From Alphaproteobacteria bacterium (GTDB taxonomy: Bacteria > Pseudomonadota > Alphaproteobacteria > UBA828), in NCBI GenBank assembly GCA_965214705.1, contig OZ243972.1, forward strand, positions 192,001-256,000: 64,000 nt of DNA, given 5' to 3'. Made by a program: the position numbers and the translations under genes. Under the pieces are notes generated by a model that did not search any database, was not told where the DNA came from, and saw only the letters and a program-made list of their open reading frames with translations. Shown here piece after piece: positions 20,137-31,148 of the stretch. Each line of letters begins with the position of its first letter. Within the stretch, counting starts at the first letter, position 1.

Positions 20137-20630
20137 TCACCCCCCACCGATCCTGCTGAGCAATTCGTCCCGCAGTTCGATCACGTAGACTCGCTGCACT
20201 TGCGCCGTATCGATTCCGTGCTGGTACGCGCCAGCCCGGATCGTGTTTCGCAGGGCTTCGTCCTTGTCGGATTGGGCCTGCACGTGCTCTATGCACAGAT
20301 CGTACACTTCGTGCTCTTGCTTTCCTCGCGCCCGATCTAACAGGCGCTCTGCTTCGACTATTGCCCAAGCCTTACGCCTAGTTCGCGGGAAATCTCTCTC
20401 CCGAAGTCGGTCAATTGGATCGGGCTTGCAGCGGTTGCGGTAGGCGTCGGCGACAGCCGCAAGAGAATCTCTGCGATATCCCTGCGCATCTCGGTCATGA
20501 ATTCCTTGAAAGCGGTCCGGTCAGAGTCCACACGTCCTACCCATCCGCCAAACCTGAAGGCACCCACCACTACGCCACCAATGATGCTTAGACCGCCTCC
20601 AGCCGCCACGCCGATCATCCACCCTTCCAT
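20137..20630 (-). pseudogene. Frameshifted membrane-anchored hypothetical protein (~164 aa)
   Basis: N-terminal TM segment, then SPIQLTDFG. Restoring one base near 20371 continues the frame KAWAIVEAERL...AGAYQHGID...IELRDELL to TGA 20137. Confidence 0.55.
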
Positions 20631-21107
20631 GGTTCTCTCGTTCTGAATGGTACCCAACACGCCAAGCGTGCCCTAGCGGCGCCGAGGCCGGCTCGCACGT
20701 CGATCGGTGGTTTAAGGTACGGTATATGGATGCTGCCAGGGTCTATCCTGGTGACATATGCAGTGCGAGCTGACCTCACATGGGCCGGATGGTCTTGCCC
20801 CAGTGAATCGGGTGGCGGAGAGCGCCGCATGCTGCGTGTGGCTGTTCCAGGAAATGAGCGAGTCTCATCGTGCGTTCTCCCATCCAGAGGTGTGCGGTAC
20901 CGCAATAATGGGGATAGTGGGGCTGCTTGTCATCCCAGATTCTCTCGGCAGCGATCACGCAACCAAGTCTACGTACCGCAGCCGCTTGCCGATCATGCCC
21001 TTCTCGTAGCCAGTCGGCGCGGTCACTTTCGTATATGATCCCCAAAGCAAGGGCTGCCCTGACCAATGGCCAGAGCGGCCTCCGCGCGATACTCTGTCGC
21101 GCCGGCG

Positions 21108-22100
21108 CTACATGAAGATCAACTCGTTCTCAATGCCCTCGTAGAGCGAGGCGACCTGCTCACCGTAACCGTTGTAGAGCAGTGTCGGGCGGCGCTCCTG
21201 CCCGTCGGGCCCGTAGAAGCGCTCGTTCGCCTGGCTCCAGCGCGGGTGCGGCACTTGGGGATTGACGTTAGCCCAGAAGCCGTACTCGTTGCCCGCGAGG
21301 TCCTCCCAGAAGGAGACCGGCCGCTCGTCCGTGAAGCTGAAGCGGACGATGCCCTTGATGTGCTTGAAGCCGTACTTCCACGGCACGGCGAGACGCAGCG
21401 GTGCGCCGTTCTGCTTCGGGATCGGCTTGCCGTAGTAGCCGGTGGCGATGAAGGCGAGCTCGTTGGTGGCCTCGGCCATGGTCAGACCCTCGATGTAGGG
21501 CCACGGATACCAGAACTGCCGCTGGCCTTCGGCCACGTCGTCATCCTCGAAGGTCTGCATGACCAGATACTTGGCGTCGCCCAGCGGCCGCGCGAAATCG
21601 ACGAGCGCCTTGAGCGGGAAGCCGCTGTAGGGCACGGCGATCGACCACGCCTCGACGCAGCGGTGGCGATACAGGCGTTCTTCCAGCGGCATCTTCGCCA
21701 GCAGATCGTCGATGCCGATGGTCATCGGCTCTTCCACCAGCCCGTCGAACTCGACCGTCCAGGGCCGGATCTTGAGCGCCTGCGCCTTCTGCCAGATCTC
21801 CTTGTAGGAGCCGAACTCGTAGTAGTTGTTGTAGGTGGTGGCGAAATCCTCCGGCGTAAGCGGCCGGTCGAGGGTATAGGCGGGGTTCTGCTCGACCGGA
21901 TAGAGGTGGGCCGAGGGGTCTTCCTGCTCCTCGTCCGCCAGCGCCGAGCCGAGGCCACCCGCGAACGGCACCGCGGCACCCGCTGCGAGCAGCGGGCCCG
22001 TGGCGAGCCCCTTGAGCAGCGTGCGCCGGTTCATGAACACCGATTCTGGAGTTGCGGCGGAGTCCGGCAGCTCCCAGCCGCGCTTGATCTTGATCAACAT
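21108..22100 (-). CDS. msrP: Protein-methionine-sulfoxide reductase catalytic subunit MsrP (YedY)
   Basis: Tat motif NRRTLLKG, TYNNYYEFG, HRCVEAWS, QNGAPLRL.VPWKYGFK, NVNP.VPHPRWSQA. Confidence 0.96.
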   Translation of the reverse strand: MLIKIKRGWELPDSAATPESVFMNRRTLLKGLATGPLLAAGAAVPFAGGLGSALADEEQEDPSAHLYPVEQNPAYTLDRPLTPEDFATTYNNYYEFGSYKEIWQKAQALKIRPWTVEFDGLVEEPMTIGIDDLLAKMPLEERLYRHRCVEAWSIAVPYSGFPLKALVDFARPLGDAKYLVMQTFEDDDVAEGQRQFWYPWPYIEGLTMAEATNELAFIATGYYGKPIPKQNGAPLRLAVPWKYGFKHIKGIVRFSFTDERPVSFWEDLAGNEYGFWANVNPQVPHPRWSQANERFYGPDGQERRPTLLYNGYGEQVASLYEGIENELIFM

Positions 22101-22227
22101 CGAAGGCCCTCCGCGAATGCCAGTTGCGTTCTGCCCTGCGCCCGCGCGCTGGGCTCTTGCAGAGAGAAATGGCACCGGCGTCCGCTCACGGCAACTCAAC
22201 GCTGCGTGAGCGGCGCTCAGGGCGAAG

Positions 22228-23481
<1,254 letters not shown>

Positions 23482-23555
23482 CTACAAGCGGTGGGGCGCC
23501 GGCACAACGTGCTAAGCTTGTCGTCCAGGCCAGACGCAGGAAGGCGCGCCCCGCC

Positions 23556-25418
23556 ATGGACGACTCATCGCTTGCCGCATCCGCCGCTGTACCCGCCGCC
23601 ACCGCTGCGGCCGAGACCGAGGAGCGCCTGAGCGCCCTCAACCTCGCGGTCATGGCCAATCGCATGGATGCGATCTGCCGCGAGATGACCAACACCGTGC
23701 TGCACAGCGCGCGCTCGGCCGTCATCGGCATCGCGCGGGATTTTTCGTGCGGCATCATCACCTCGGACCACGAGGTGCTCGCCACAGCCGAGGCCATGCC
23801 GATCCACGTCTTCGGCATGAACATTCAGACCACCATCATGAGCGAGAGGCACCCGGATTTCCGCGAGGGCGACGCCTTCCTCGACAACGACCCCTACGGC
23901 GGCAACAGCCACGCGGCCGACCACACGATCCTGGTGCCGGTGTTCCACGAGGGCGAGCACTTCTTCACGGTCGGCATCAAGGCCCACCAGGCGGACGTGG
24001 GCAACAGCCAGCCGACCACCTACTTCGCCGCGGCCACCGACGTCTATCACGAGGGCGCACTGATCTTCCCCTGCGTCCAGGTGCAGAGCGACTATCGCGA
24101 TATCGACGACATCATCCGCATGTGCCGGCGCCGCATCCGGGTGCCGGACCAGTGGTTCGGCGACTATCTCGCCGCCATCGGGGCGGCGCGGATCGGCGAG
24201 CGGCGGCTGAAGGAGTTCATCGAGAAGTACGGCACCCAGGCGGTCAGGGCCTTCATCGGCGAATGGCTCGACTATTCCGAGCGGCGGGCGCGCGAGTCGA
24301 TCCGGGCGCTGCCCAGCGGGCGGCTTGAGAACGAGGGCTGCCACGACCCGATCCAGCCGTTCCTGCCCGACGGCATCCCGATCAAGGTGACCATCGATAT
24401 CGACGGCGAGGCCGGCTTCATCACGGTCGATCTGCGCGACAACCCCGATTGCGTGGACGCGGGCATGAACCTCACCCGCGTCACCTCGACCATGGCGGCG
24501 GCCCAGGCGGTCTTCGCCTGCCTGGACTCCGACATCCCGCACAACGCGGGCAGCTTCCGCCGGCTCGAGGTGCTGCTGAGGGAGAACTGCGTGGTCGGCA
24601 TTCCGCGCTTCCCGCACAGCTGCTCGGTCGCCACCACCAACATGACCGACATGATCATCAACCTGATCCAGTCGGCCTTCGCCAAACTCGGCGATGGCTA
24701 CGGCTTCAGCCAGGGCAACTTCTGCAACGGCGCGGGCACCGGAGTCTGCTCGGGCAAGGACTGGCGGCGGGACGGCGCGCCCTACGTCAACCAGATGTTC
24801 ATGTCGGCCGGCGGCATGGCGGCCTCGGCCGAGACCGACGGCATGCACGGCCTGGTCAACCCGGTGAGCGTCGGCCTCGTCTACCGCGACAGCATCGAGG
24901 TGAACGAGCAGCGCTTTCCGTTCCAGGTCGACAGCGTGCGCGCGCTGAAGGACTCATGCGGCGCCGGCCGCCGGCGCGGCGGGCCTGCGTCGGAGGTGAT
25001 CTTCGGCCCGCGCCACGACCCCATGCTGGTCATCAACATCTGCAACGGCCTTACCATCCTGCCGCAGGGTGTGCTCGGCGGCCTGCCTTCGCAGGCGGGC
25101 TATCAGGCGAAGATCGCGGCGGACGGCACGCGCGAGGTCTACGAGACCGACGCCTATTGCCACCTGGAGGCGGGCTCCAAGCTGCACGCCATCGACAACG
25201 GCGGCGGCGGCTACGGCGACCCGCTGGAGCGCGAGCCCGAGCGGGTGCTGAGTGACGTGAACGAGCGCTATGTCTCGCGGGCCAAGGCGGAGGCGCTCTA
25301 CGGCGTGGTGATCGTGGGCTCGGAGGAGAACGACGACCTCGCCGTCGATGTCGCGGCGACCGAAGCGCTCCGCCGGGAGCGGCTCAACGGAGGCGAGCAA
25401 AGGGCGGAGGTATCTTAG
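23556..25418 (+). CDS. Hydantoinase B/oxoprolinase family subunit (orphan B1)
   Basis: SARS..I..ARDFSC, NDPYGGNSHAAD, KAHQADVG, GAGRRRGG, GGGGYGDPLER..ERV..DV. Confidence 0.92.
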   Translation: MDDSSLAASAAVPAATAAAETEERLSALNLAVMANRMDAICREMTNTVLHSARSAVIGIARDFSCGIITSDHEVLATAEAMPIHVFGMNIQTTIMSERHPDFREGDAFLDNDPYGGNSHAADHTILVPVFHEGEHFFTVGIKAHQADVGNSQPTTYFAAATDVYHEGALIFPCVQVQSDYRDIDDIIRMCRRRIRVPDQWFGDYLAAIGAARIGERRLKEFIEKYGTQAVRAFIGEWLDYSERRARESIRALPSGRLENEGCHDPIQPFLPDGIPIKVTIDIDGEAGFITVDLRDNPDCVDAGMNLTRVTSTMAAAQAVFACLDSDIPHNAGSFRRLEVLLRENCVVGIPRFPHSCSVATTNMTDMIINLIQSAFAKLGDGYGFSQGNFCNGAGTGVCSGKDWRRDGAPYVNQMFMSAGGMAASAETDGMHGLVNPVSVGLVYRDSIEVNEQRFPFQVDSVRALKDSCGAGRRRGGPASEVIFGPRHDPMLVINICNGLTILPQGVLGGLPSQAGYQAKIAADGTREVYETDAYCHLEAGSKLHAIDNGGGGYGDPLEREPERVLSDVNERYVSRAKAEALYGVVIVGSEENDDLAVDVAATEALRRERLNGGEQRAEVS

Positions 25419-26641
25419 GCGGCAAGTGCCCGGTGGCGCTGCGCCAGGAAGACCACGATCGCGGCGTTCATCACGTTGAAGGCGACCGCGTTGATGAATG
25501 ACGCGGTGTAGGAGCCCGTCAGGTCGTACAGCGCACCGGCCATCCAGCCACCGAGCGCCATCCCTGCAAACGTGAAGAGCATCGCCCAGCCGACCCGGCG
25601 GCCCGCTTCGTGCGCGGGAAAGAACGTCCTGATGATGATGGTGTAGGACGGCACGATCCCGCCCTGGGAGAGGCCGAAGACGGCCGAGACCACGTAGAGC
25701 AGGGTGAGCGTGTCGGCACCGAGGAAGGCCATCAGCGTGACGGCCTGCAGGACCGAGCCGAGCAGCAGCGTGCGCAGCCCGCCGATCCGGTCCGAGATGA
25801 AGCCGGAGCCGATCCGGCTCACGATGCCGGTGCCGAGCATGAGTGAGAGCATCGCGGCACCGTGCTGGGCGGCGTATCCCAGATCGGTGACGTGAGCGAC
25901 GATGTGCACCTGCGGCGCCGCCATCGCGATGCAGCAGCCGAGCCCAGCCGCGCAAATCAGGCATTGAAGCGTGCCGGGAGCGACGCCCAGCGGTCTGCCT
26001 GCGCCGGGCGCCATGCGCGCCGCCTGCGCCTCGATCAGCGCGGCGGGCTTGCGGTAGAGCAAAGCGATCAGCGGCAGCATGACGCACGCCATGAGAATGG
26101 CGATCGCGACGAAGGTCTCGCGCCAGCCCCGCGCGTCGAGCGAGGCCTGGACGATCGGCGGCCAGAGCGCGCCGGCCAAGTAGGTTCCGGTAATCACGAT
26201 CGCGACGGCGAGCCCCCGCCGCCGGGTGAACCAGTGGGAGATGTCGGCAGCCATCGGGGCGAAGAGGGCAGAGGTGCCGAGCAGGCCGGACAACACCCCG
26301 AGCGATACGCAGAACTGCCAGAACTCCTCGGCGAAGGCAGCGCCGGCCATACCGGCAGGCAGGCCCACGCACCCGATCAGGGCCGGCATCATCACGCCGA
26401 AGCGGTCGGCAAGCCGGCCCATCACCACGCCGCCGACCCCGCCCGTCACCATGAACATCATGTAGGGGAGCGAAGCGACGCCGCGCCCCACATCGAACTC
26501 GAAGGAGACCGGCTTGAGCACGACGATAACCGCGTACATGGCGGCGCCGCCCATGGTCACGAGGACCAGCGAGGTGACCAGGCGAACCAGCGGGTAGATG
26601 GAGGGCGCCGCGCCCGGCGTCGTGTGGTCGGTCTCGCTCAT
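25415..26641 (-). CDS. MFS transporter
   Basis: GRLADRFG motif A, WFTRRRGLA, GFISDRIG; about 12 TM segments. Confidence 0.9.
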   Translation of the reverse strand: MSETDHTTPGAAPSIYPLVRLVTSLVLVTMGGAAMYAVIVVLKPVSFEFDVGRGVASLPYMMFMVTGGVGGVVMGRLADRFGVMMPALIGCVGLPAGMAGAAFAEEFWQFCVSLGVLSGLLGTSALFAPMAADISHWFTRRRGLAVAIVITGTYLAGALWPPIVQASLDARGWRETFVAIAILMACVMLPLIALLYRKPAALIEAQAARMAPGAGRPLGVAPGTLQCLICAAGLGCCIAMAAPQVHIVAHVTDLGYAAQHGAAMLSLMLGTGIVSRIGSGFISDRIGGLRTLLLGSVLQAVTLMAFLGADTLTLLYVVSAVFGLSQGGIVPSYTIIIRTFFPAHEAGRRVGWAMLFTFAGMALGGWMAGALYDLTGSYTASFINAVAFNVMNAAIVVFLAQRHRALAA

Positions 26642-26763
26642 GTATCGTCCACGTGGCGGCCGCCCACGCGCAGGGTGGCGTCGGCCGCGCACGCTACCAC
26701 GCGCCCGGCAGCCGGGCGAGGCGGCCCGGCGAGCGCAGCGGCCAAGGGGAGAGTCGACAGGCG

Positions 26764-27972
26764 ATGTTCCTGAAAGCACTGCGAGACCGCAACCGGGCGT
26801 TTCTCGAAGCGGCCGTCACGCTGCACCAGGCGGGCTGGGTGCCGGCCGGCGCCTACCTGCTCGACCTCGATACGATGACCGAGAACGCGCGCCTGATGAG
26901 CGCCGAGGCAGCCCGGCTCGGCCTCGACGTGCTGGCGATGACCAAGCAGATCGGCCGCAATCCGCCGGCGCTCGATGCACTCAAGGCGGGCGGGATCGAC
27001 CGCTTCGTCGCGGTCGACATGGCCTGCGCGCGGCCGATCCACGCGAACGGCCACGGGCTCGCTCACATCGGCCATCTCGGCCAGATCCCGCGCCACGAGG
27101 TGGCGGAGGCTGCGGCCATGCGCGCCGACTACTGGACCGTCTTCAACGAGGAGAAGGCGGCCGAGGCCGCGCAGGCGGCGGACGCGCAGGGCCACGAACA
27201 GGCGCTGATCGCGCGCATCCAGGCGCCCGGCGATACCTTCTATTCCGGCCACGAAGGCGGCTTCGACGCTGATGCGGTCGAGGCCGTGGCGGATACGCTC
27301 GACCGCACGCCGGGCGGGCGCTTCGCCGGGCTCACCACCTTCCCCGCTTTGCTTTTCGACGAAGCCTCGGGCGAGGCGAGGCCGACCCCCAACCTCGCGA
27401 CCCTGCACGCGGCTGCGTCACGGCTCAGCAAGCGGGGCCGGCGCGACATCGTCATCAACGCGCCGGGCACCACGTCGGCCAGGGTGATGGCTGCGCTCGC
27501 CGACGGCGGCGCGACCCAGGTGGAGCCCGGCCACGGGCTCACCGGCACGACGCCGCTCCACGCCCGCACCGAGCTGCCGGAGCGCCCGGCAATGCTCTAC
27601 CTGACCGAGGTCTCCCACTTCCACCAGGGCCGCGCCTATTGCTTCGGCGGCGGCCTCTACATCGACCCGGTGTTCGCGCCCTACCCGCTCAAGGCGCTGG
27701 TGGGCCCGGACCCGGTGGCGGCGCTCGCGCAGGAGGTCGACGCCGCCACCCCGGACCCGGCGATGATCGACTACTACGGCCAACTCCTGCCGGAGCCCCA
27801 CCACCGCGTCACGGTGGGCGATACGGTGATATTCGGATTCCGCGCGCAGGCCTTCTTCACCCGCGCCGTTATCGTGCCGATTGCGGGCGTGGCCAGCGGC
27901 CGGCCCGAGCCAAAGGGGGTCTGGACCACCGACGGCCGCCCCGCCTCTTGGTCAGAAACGGACGCGGACTAA
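26764..27972 (+). CDS. YhfX-family PLP-dependent protein (alanine racemase N-terminal fold)
   Basis: MFL.AL..RN, MTKQIGRNP (PLP Lys), HIGHL.QIP, GHEGGF, NAPGTTS, EPGHGLTGTTP, FRAQAF.TR. Confidence 0.85.
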   Translation: MFLKALRDRNRAFLEAAVTLHQAGWVPAGAYLLDLDTMTENARLMSAEAARLGLDVLAMTKQIGRNPPALDALKAGGIDRFVAVDMACARPIHANGHGLAHIGHLGQIPRHEVAEAAAMRADYWTVFNEEKAAEAAQAADAQGHEQALIARIQAPGDTFYSGHEGGFDADAVEAVADTLDRTPGGRFAGLTTFPALLFDEASGEARPTPNLATLHAAASRLSKRGRRDIVINAPGTTSARVMAALADGGATQVEPGHGLTGTTPLHARTELPERPAMLYLTEVSHFHQGRAYCFGGGLYIDPVFAPYPLKALVGPDPVAALAQEVDAATPDPAMIDYYGQLLPEPHHRVTVGDTVIFGFRAQAFFTRAVIVPIAGVASGRPEPKGVWTTDGRPASWSETDAD

Positions 27973-28003
27973 TCGCTCCGCGGGAGCGGCTGGCAGCGGC
28001 GGC

Positions 28004-28477
28004 CTACCCAGTCTGGGCTGCCCAGCCCTCGGCGTGCTCGGCCATGAACTTGCCCGTGACCTTGATGTGGGTGAACAGCCACTCGCCGTCGCGCTTCACC
28101 AGATCGTCGTCGTACTCGGCGGCGAACCAGCGAGCCTTCTTCTCGCCATCGACCATCATGGTACACCACATGATGAGCCACCACTTCGCGTTCGCCGTGT
28201 CGCCATTCACCGTGATGATCGGGTTCATCACCGGGTGGATGGCGAAAACGATGTCGTCCTTGATACCGGCGAAGAACTCCCGAATCGCCTCCTTGCCCTC
28301 GTAGACACCGAAGTCGCCGCCGTCCCAGAGGGCGTCCTCGACGAAGAGGCTCGCCAGGCCGTCCGGATCGTAGCCGTGATCGGCGTAGTAGCAGTACTGC
28401 GCCTTCATCCGCTTGATGTCCTCGATCGCGGTGAGCCGCGCGACCTGTTCCTCGAGGGTCAATTCGGCCATCGTCAT
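28004..28477 (-). CDS. NTF2/SnoaL-like (LinA/BaiE-type) protein
   Basis: L.AIEDIK..KA.YC..AD, LF.EDA.WD, G..AI..F, H...NP.I.V.GD.A, Y.D...K.DG.W. Confidence 0.85.
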   Translation of the reverse strand: MTMAELTLEEQVARLTAIEDIKRMKAQYCYYADHGYDPDGLASLFVEDALWDGGDFGVYEGKEAIREFFAGIKDDIVFAIHPVMNPIITVNGDTANAKWWLIMWCTMMVDGEKKARWFAAEYDDDLVKRDGEWLFTHIKVTGKFMAEHAEGWAAQTG

Positions 28478-28502
28478 TCTCCCTATGCGGTGCGTCGTCG
28501 CG

Positions 28503-30446
28503 CTATTGCGCGTCCACGAGGTATTCGTCGCCCTGGCGCAGCTTTCTCTGAATCCAGTCGGCGGCGCCGGGACGGCTGGGCGAGGTCACCTGGAGCGGGC
28601 CGCGCTTGGCCGCCATCTTGGCGCGCAGTTTCTCGGTCTTGGCCCGGTCGATGGTCATCATCGCCCGGTTGATCACGACGCCGTAGACGTCTTCGGCGCA
28701 TTCGAGCGACAGCATGCCGTCGAAAACGCTTTCCAGCACGGCTTCCGGATCGCGCTCCAACGCGTCGCCGTAACCGCCGCCGCCGCTCGACGTGCCCGCC
28801 CAGATATCGTTCTCTCCGATATAGAAGCGGCCCTTGGAGGAGAAATAGGTCCGCTTGCCGGTCTCCAAATTCTCCTTGTAACTACCGCCGCCGATGCCGG
28901 GCGTGCCGTTCATCACGCCGAAGGGCGGGTTGCCCTGGCCCTCGCCGAAGAGCTCGACCTGGAAGCCGCCGTCGGTCGGGCTGACCTGGATATCCACGCC
29001 GGGGCCGCCGATGTGCTTGCCGTGCCCCATGGAATCGGCCGCGATTTCCTGGCGGTCGATGCGGTAGGGGTAGAACAGCTCGCAGAGTTCGACGCTCATG
29101 ATCTTGAGGCCGCCCATGCCGGCGGAGGTCATGATCAGCGGCCAGCCGTCGGCCGACGACGTGGCCCCGCCGGCGGGCGCGCCGTTGAACAGCATGCAGC
29201 CCCAGTCGACCGGCTTGCCGCTCCGCGTATCCGTGCCGGAGAACATCGGCAGGTTGCCGTCCTTGCCGCTGCCGCCCATGACGCGCTCTGGCACGGCGTG
29301 GGCGAGCGCCTTCCACACCGCCTCCTGCATGGTATCGCCGGGCCCCACGGTGGCGAGCGCCGTGGACGCCGGGTACTCGGCGTTGCAGACGGTGCCCTTC
29401 GGCGCGTCCGCCGTGATGTGCCTGAGGCAGCCGTCGTTGTGCGGAATGGTCGGGTCGATGGAGCACAGCACCGGGATACCCGCCGCAGCCTGCATCACGC
29501 CGTAAGACGAGTTGTTCCCACTCGGGACCTGCGGATCCGAATTCGAGAAATCGATGTGCACGTTCTCGCCCCGCACCGAGACGCGGGCGCCGACCTGGAT
29601 GTTCGTCATGCCATGACCGTCGGAATCGAGCCACGACATCCCGTCGTAGTCGCCGTCGGGAATCGCGCTAATTTCGTCAGCCATCCGCCTGTCGGAGTAA
29701 TCGAGGATCGCCTCGGCGTAGCGCTCGATCGTGTCGTTGCCGTAGTGCGCCGCAAGCTCGACGAGGCGACGCCGGCCGGTCCAGATCGAGCCGAGCTGCG
29801 CCATCAGATCGCCGTAGAGCCACTCCTGCCAGCGCACGTTGGCGAGGTACATGCGCACCACGTCCTCGCGCCGCTGGCCCTTCTCGTAGAACTTGATCGG
29901 GGGCAGCTGCAGCCCCTCTTGCCAGACATCCCTGGCGGGCGCCGGCACGCTGGTCGGAATGTACGCGCCGCAATCGAGCTGATGGCCCTTCGCCACGCTC
30001 CAGAACATGTGCTTGCCCTGGTGGAACACCGGGCAGGCGGTCACGAAATCACCGATATGCGTGTTGCCGCTATAGGCGTCGTTGCAGACGATGACATCGC
30101 CGTCGTGAATGTCGCCCTCGAAGACCCGCGCGATCTCGCCCAGCACGACGTGCAAGGAGTTCGTGTGGATCGGCAGGGCATCCTGCATGCATATCTGCCG
30201 GGCCTTGGCGTCGTAGATGGCGCAGGAGAAGTCGCGCGCGAGCGCAATGATCGAGGTCCAGGCGGTCTTCTCCATTGTCAGTGTCATCTCGTTCGCGATG
30301 GTGGAGAAACGATTGAGGATGACGGAGAAGGTGATCGAATCGACGGCGCCTGCAGCCCCGTTGCCGCGCTTTCTCGCGGCCGTCCTGGGCTTGTTCTGGT
30401 CCTTGATCTGCCGCACGGCGCGGCGCGCTGTGGAGGTCGAAGCCAT
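28503..30446 (-). CDS. Hydantoinase B/oxoprolinase family subunit (paralog B2)
   Basis: RDFSCAIYD, NDAYSGNTHIGD, KGHQLDCG, DVWQEGL, GGGGYGDALERDP. Confidence 0.92.
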   Translation of the reverse strand: MASTSTARRAVRQIKDQNKPRTAARKRGNGAAGAVDSITFSVILNRFSTIANEMTLTMEKTAWTSIIALARDFSCAIYDAKARQICMQDALPIHTNSLHVVLGEIARVFEGDIHDGDVIVCNDAYSGNTHIGDFVTACPVFHQGKHMFWSVAKGHQLDCGAYIPTSVPAPARDVWQEGLQLPPIKFYEKGQRREDVVRMYLANVRWQEWLYGDLMAQLGSIWTGRRRLVELAAHYGNDTIERYAEAILDYSDRRMADEISAIPDGDYDGMSWLDSDGHGMTNIQVGARVSVRGENVHIDFSNSDPQVPSGNNSSYGVMQAAAGIPVLCSIDPTIPHNDGCLRHITADAPKGTVCNAEYPASTALATVGPGDTMQEAVWKALAHAVPERVMGGSGKDGNLPMFSGTDTRSGKPVDWGCMLFNGAPAGGATSSADGWPLIMTSAGMGGLKIMSVELCELFYPYRIDRQEIAADSMGHGKHIGGPGVDIQVSPTDGGFQVELFGEGQGNPPFGVMNGTPGIGGGSYKENLETGKRTYFSSKGRFYIGENDIWAGTSSGGGGYGDALERDPEAVLESVFDGMLSLECAEDVYGVVINRAMMTIDRAKTEKLRAKMAAKRGPLQVTSPSRPGAADWIQRKLRQGDEYLVDAQ

Positions 30447-30579
30447 GTCTCACCCTGTCTGCGTGTGTTGTCTGCGCGCGTTTGTACTCACTGCGGCGCG
30501 GAAGGAACCGCCCGCCTGCCGCGCCCGCAGCTTGCCGTCGGCGGGTGCGGCGGTGCAAGGGGTCTTCTGCACCGGGGGC

Positions 30580-31071
30580 TCAGGGCCCTTTCCAGTGATC
30601 GTCGACCCAGCCCTTGGCGCTCTCGGCCCAGCCCTTGTCTTGGGGAGCGAAGTTCTTGACGTCGAGGACGATCTTCTTGATCAGCCAGCGCCCGTCGAGC
30701 TTCACGTACTCATCGTCATACGTGGCGAAGAGCCAGGTCGACTCGCCGTCCAGGACGCACGGCATAAACAGCCACCAGCGCCCGGTTGCGCTGTCGCCAT
30801 TGACCTCGATCAGCTCGTTCGTGATGTAGTGGGCGGAGAAGCGGATTCGCTCGCCCGCGTCGCGTACCATCTGCTCGATCTGCTCCAGCCCCTCCTGGCG
30901 CCCGAAGGCATCGCCGCCATCCCATATCGCGTCCGGCGCGAAGAGCGCGGCGAAGCGCTCGGCGTCGTAGAGGTTGCCGTATTCGCAGTAGAGATAACGC
31001 AGGCGCCTGATCTCTTCGGCGTCCTCGATCCGTTGAACCCGTTGCTCCAGCGTGAGCTCGGCCATGTCCAT
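30580..31071 (-). CDS. NTF2/SnoaL-like protein
   Basis: D.EEIRRL..YC, LFAPDA.WD, HYITN..IEVNGD.A.G.W, Y.DEY.K.DGRW.I. Confidence 0.85.
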   Translation of the reverse strand: MDMAELTLEQRVQRIEDAEEIRRLRYLYCEYGNLYDAERFAALFAPDAIWDGGDAFGRQEGLEQIEQMVRDAGERIRFSAHYITNELIEVNGDSATGRWWLFMPCVLDGESTWLFATYDDEYVKLDGRWLIKKIVLDVKNFAPQDKGWAESAKGWVDDHWKGP

Positions 31072-31148
31072 CTCCCCTTGCCCTGGCTATCGGTTGCGGC
31101 GCGCGGCCCGGGCGCCCGGTGCCACGACCGATCATAGCGGCTTTGCGC

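Larger units (their letters stand above)
19870..21043 (-). mobile_element. Non-autonomous, internally deleted IS1595-like cassette
   Basis: Imperfect 24-bp terminal IRs (19/24 match). Transposase C-terminal remnant KGMIGKRLRYVDLVA* at 20955-21002. Lower GC than flanks; passenger ORFs inside. Confidence 0.6.

Noticed and set aside
20640-20950. Short ORFs on both strands inside the IS1595-like cassette
   Set aside because: No recognisable motifs and mutually overlapping frames; none can be supported as a gene.
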